Of a stretch of 64,000 nucleotides of DNA, positions 62,527 through 64,000 are shown one piece after another; positions within the stretch are counted from its first letter, which is position 1; each line of letters begins with the position of its first letter. The DNA is from Squalus acanthias. Taxonomy: Eukaryota. The stretch is from positions 186,001 to 250,000 of the forward strand of contig JASTWF010000325.1 of the NCBI GenBank assembly GCA_030390025.1, written 5' to 3'. The translations under genes and the position numbers were made by a program. The notes under the pieces are model-generated. The model had not been told where the DNA came from, did not search any database, and saw only the letters and a list, made by a program, of their open reading frames with translations.

Positions 62527-63132
62527 TAGATTGTAACTGGATAGTGTATATAGATTGTACCTAGACAGTGTATATTGATTGTACCTGGACAGAGTATATA
62601 GATTGTACCTGGACAGTGTATATTGATTGTACCTGGACAGAGTATATAGATTGTACCTGGACAGTTTATATGAATTGTACCTGGACAGTTTATATTGATT
62701 GTACCTGGACATTGTATAACAATTGTACCTGGACAGTGTATATAGATTGTACCAGGACAGTGTATATTGATTGTACCTGGACAGTGTCTATAGATTGTAC
62801 CTGGACTGTGTATATTGATTGTACCTGGACAGTGTATGTTGATTGAACCTGGACATTGTATAACAATTGTACCTGGACAGTGTATATTGATTGTACCTGG
62901 ACAGTGTATATAGATTATACCTGGACATATGTATATTGATTGTACCTGGACAGTGTATATAGATTATACCTGGACAGTGTATATTGATTGTACCTGGACA
63001 GTGTATATCGATTGTACCCGGACAGTGTATGTAGATTGTACGTGGACAGTGTATATAGATTATACCTGGACAGTGTATATTGATTGTACATGGACAGTGT
63101 ATATAGATTATACCTGGACATATGTATATTGA
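62527..63132. repeat. Variant-monomer block B, copy 2
   Basis: Same markers at an offset of 4252 bp. ORFs 58316..58594 and 62568..62846 translate identically. ggacatatgt lies at 62923 and 63116. Confidence 0.92.
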
Positions 63133-64000
63133 TTATACCTGGACAGTGTATATTGATTGTACGTGGACAGTGTATATAGATTATACCTGGACATATGTAT
63201 ATTGATTGTACCTGGACAGTGTATATAGATTATACCTGGACAGTGTATATAGATTTTACCTGGACAGTGTATATAGATTGTACCTGGACAGTGTGTATAG
63301 ATTGTACCTGGACAGTGTATATTGATTGTACCTGGACAGTGTATATAGATTATACCTGGGCAGTCTATATAGATTGTACCTGGACAGTGAATATAGATTT
63401 TACCTGGACAGTGTATATAGTTTGTACCTGGACAGTGTATATTGATTGTACATGGAATGTGTATATAGATTGTACCTTTACAGTGTATATTGATTGTACC
63501 AGACAGTCTATATTGATTGTACCTGGACTGTGTATATAGATTATACCTGAACAGTGTATATTAATTCTACCTGGACACTGTATATAGATTGTAACTGGAC
63601 TGTATATATAGATTGTACCTGAACAGTGTATAATGATTGTACCTGGACAGTGTATATAGATTGTACCTGGACAGTGCATATAGATTGTACCTGGACAGTG
63701 TATTTAGCTTGTACCTGGACAGTGTATATAGATTGTACCTGGACAGTGTATATAGATTGTACCTGGGCAGTGTATATATATTGTACCTGGACAGTGTCTT
63801 TTAATTGTACCTGGACAGTGTATATTGATTGTACCTGGACTGTGTATATTGATTGTATCTGGACAGTGTGTAATGATTGTACCTGGACAGTGTATATAGA
63901 TTATACCTGGACAGTGTATATAGATTGTACCTGGACATATGTATATTGATTGTACCTGGACATTGTATATAGATTTTACCTGGACAGTGTATATAGATTG

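Larger units (their letters stand above)
12771..64000. repeat. 24-bp tandem satellite array, right of the gap, about 2,130 copies
   Basis: The same monomer continues in the same orientation to the window end. It is nearly invariant apart from the W site until about 46 kb, then increasingly interspersed with diverged monomers. Confidence 0.99.

Noticed and set aside
21..63949. All ORFs in the track, including the 4342-aa, 2573-aa and 1778-aa ORFs, as protein-coding genes
   Set aside because: They are translations of a 24-bp unit that overlap in several frames and switch frame at indels. They have no unique domain and almost no synonymous divergence. Recurrent variants such as acctgaac and acctagac put stops in the YIDCTWTV frame.
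1..64000. CRISPR array (24 bp is within the repeat size range)
   Set aside because: The repeats abut directly with no unique spacers, leader or cas genes.
1..64000. Rolling-circle reverse-transcription concatemer encoding an endless ORF (DRT2/neo-like)
   Set aside because: No reverse transcriptase or ncRNA locus is present. The scaffold gap and the inherited, duplicated variant blocks indicate a chromosomal satellite.

Overview
The whole window is one head-to-tail tandem array of a 24-bp monomer, GATTGTACCTGGACAGTGTATATW (W = A or T; 9/24 GC; no CpG). It holds roughly 2,650 copies, all in one orientation, and is broken only by a 200-N scaffolding gap at 12571-12770. I find no unique sequence, credible gene, RNA gene, transposon or CRISPR spacer. 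Every ORF in the track is a translation of the monomer (YIDCTWTV, YRLYLDSV, IVPGQCIL; on the minus strand YTVQVQSI, IHCPGTI[Y/N], YTLSRYN[L/Q]). This is best read as eukaryote-type satellite or minisatellite DNA from a scaffolded assembly. Its structure has four layers. (1) One dimorphic A/T site alternates irregularly along the array. (2) Blocks of diverged monomers recur in the same order at kilobase distances, densest at 46-64 kb, giving an irregular higher-order structure. (3) Short fragments of those blocks are scattered through the otherwise near-perfect 1-46 kb part. (4) There are signs of consensus artefact: indels concentrated at the W site, and noisy patches near 9.3-10 kb and 42.2-42.8 kb. 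I see no convincing evidence of a new protein-coding system. The main open question is whether the extreme homogeneity is biological or produced by consensus calling.
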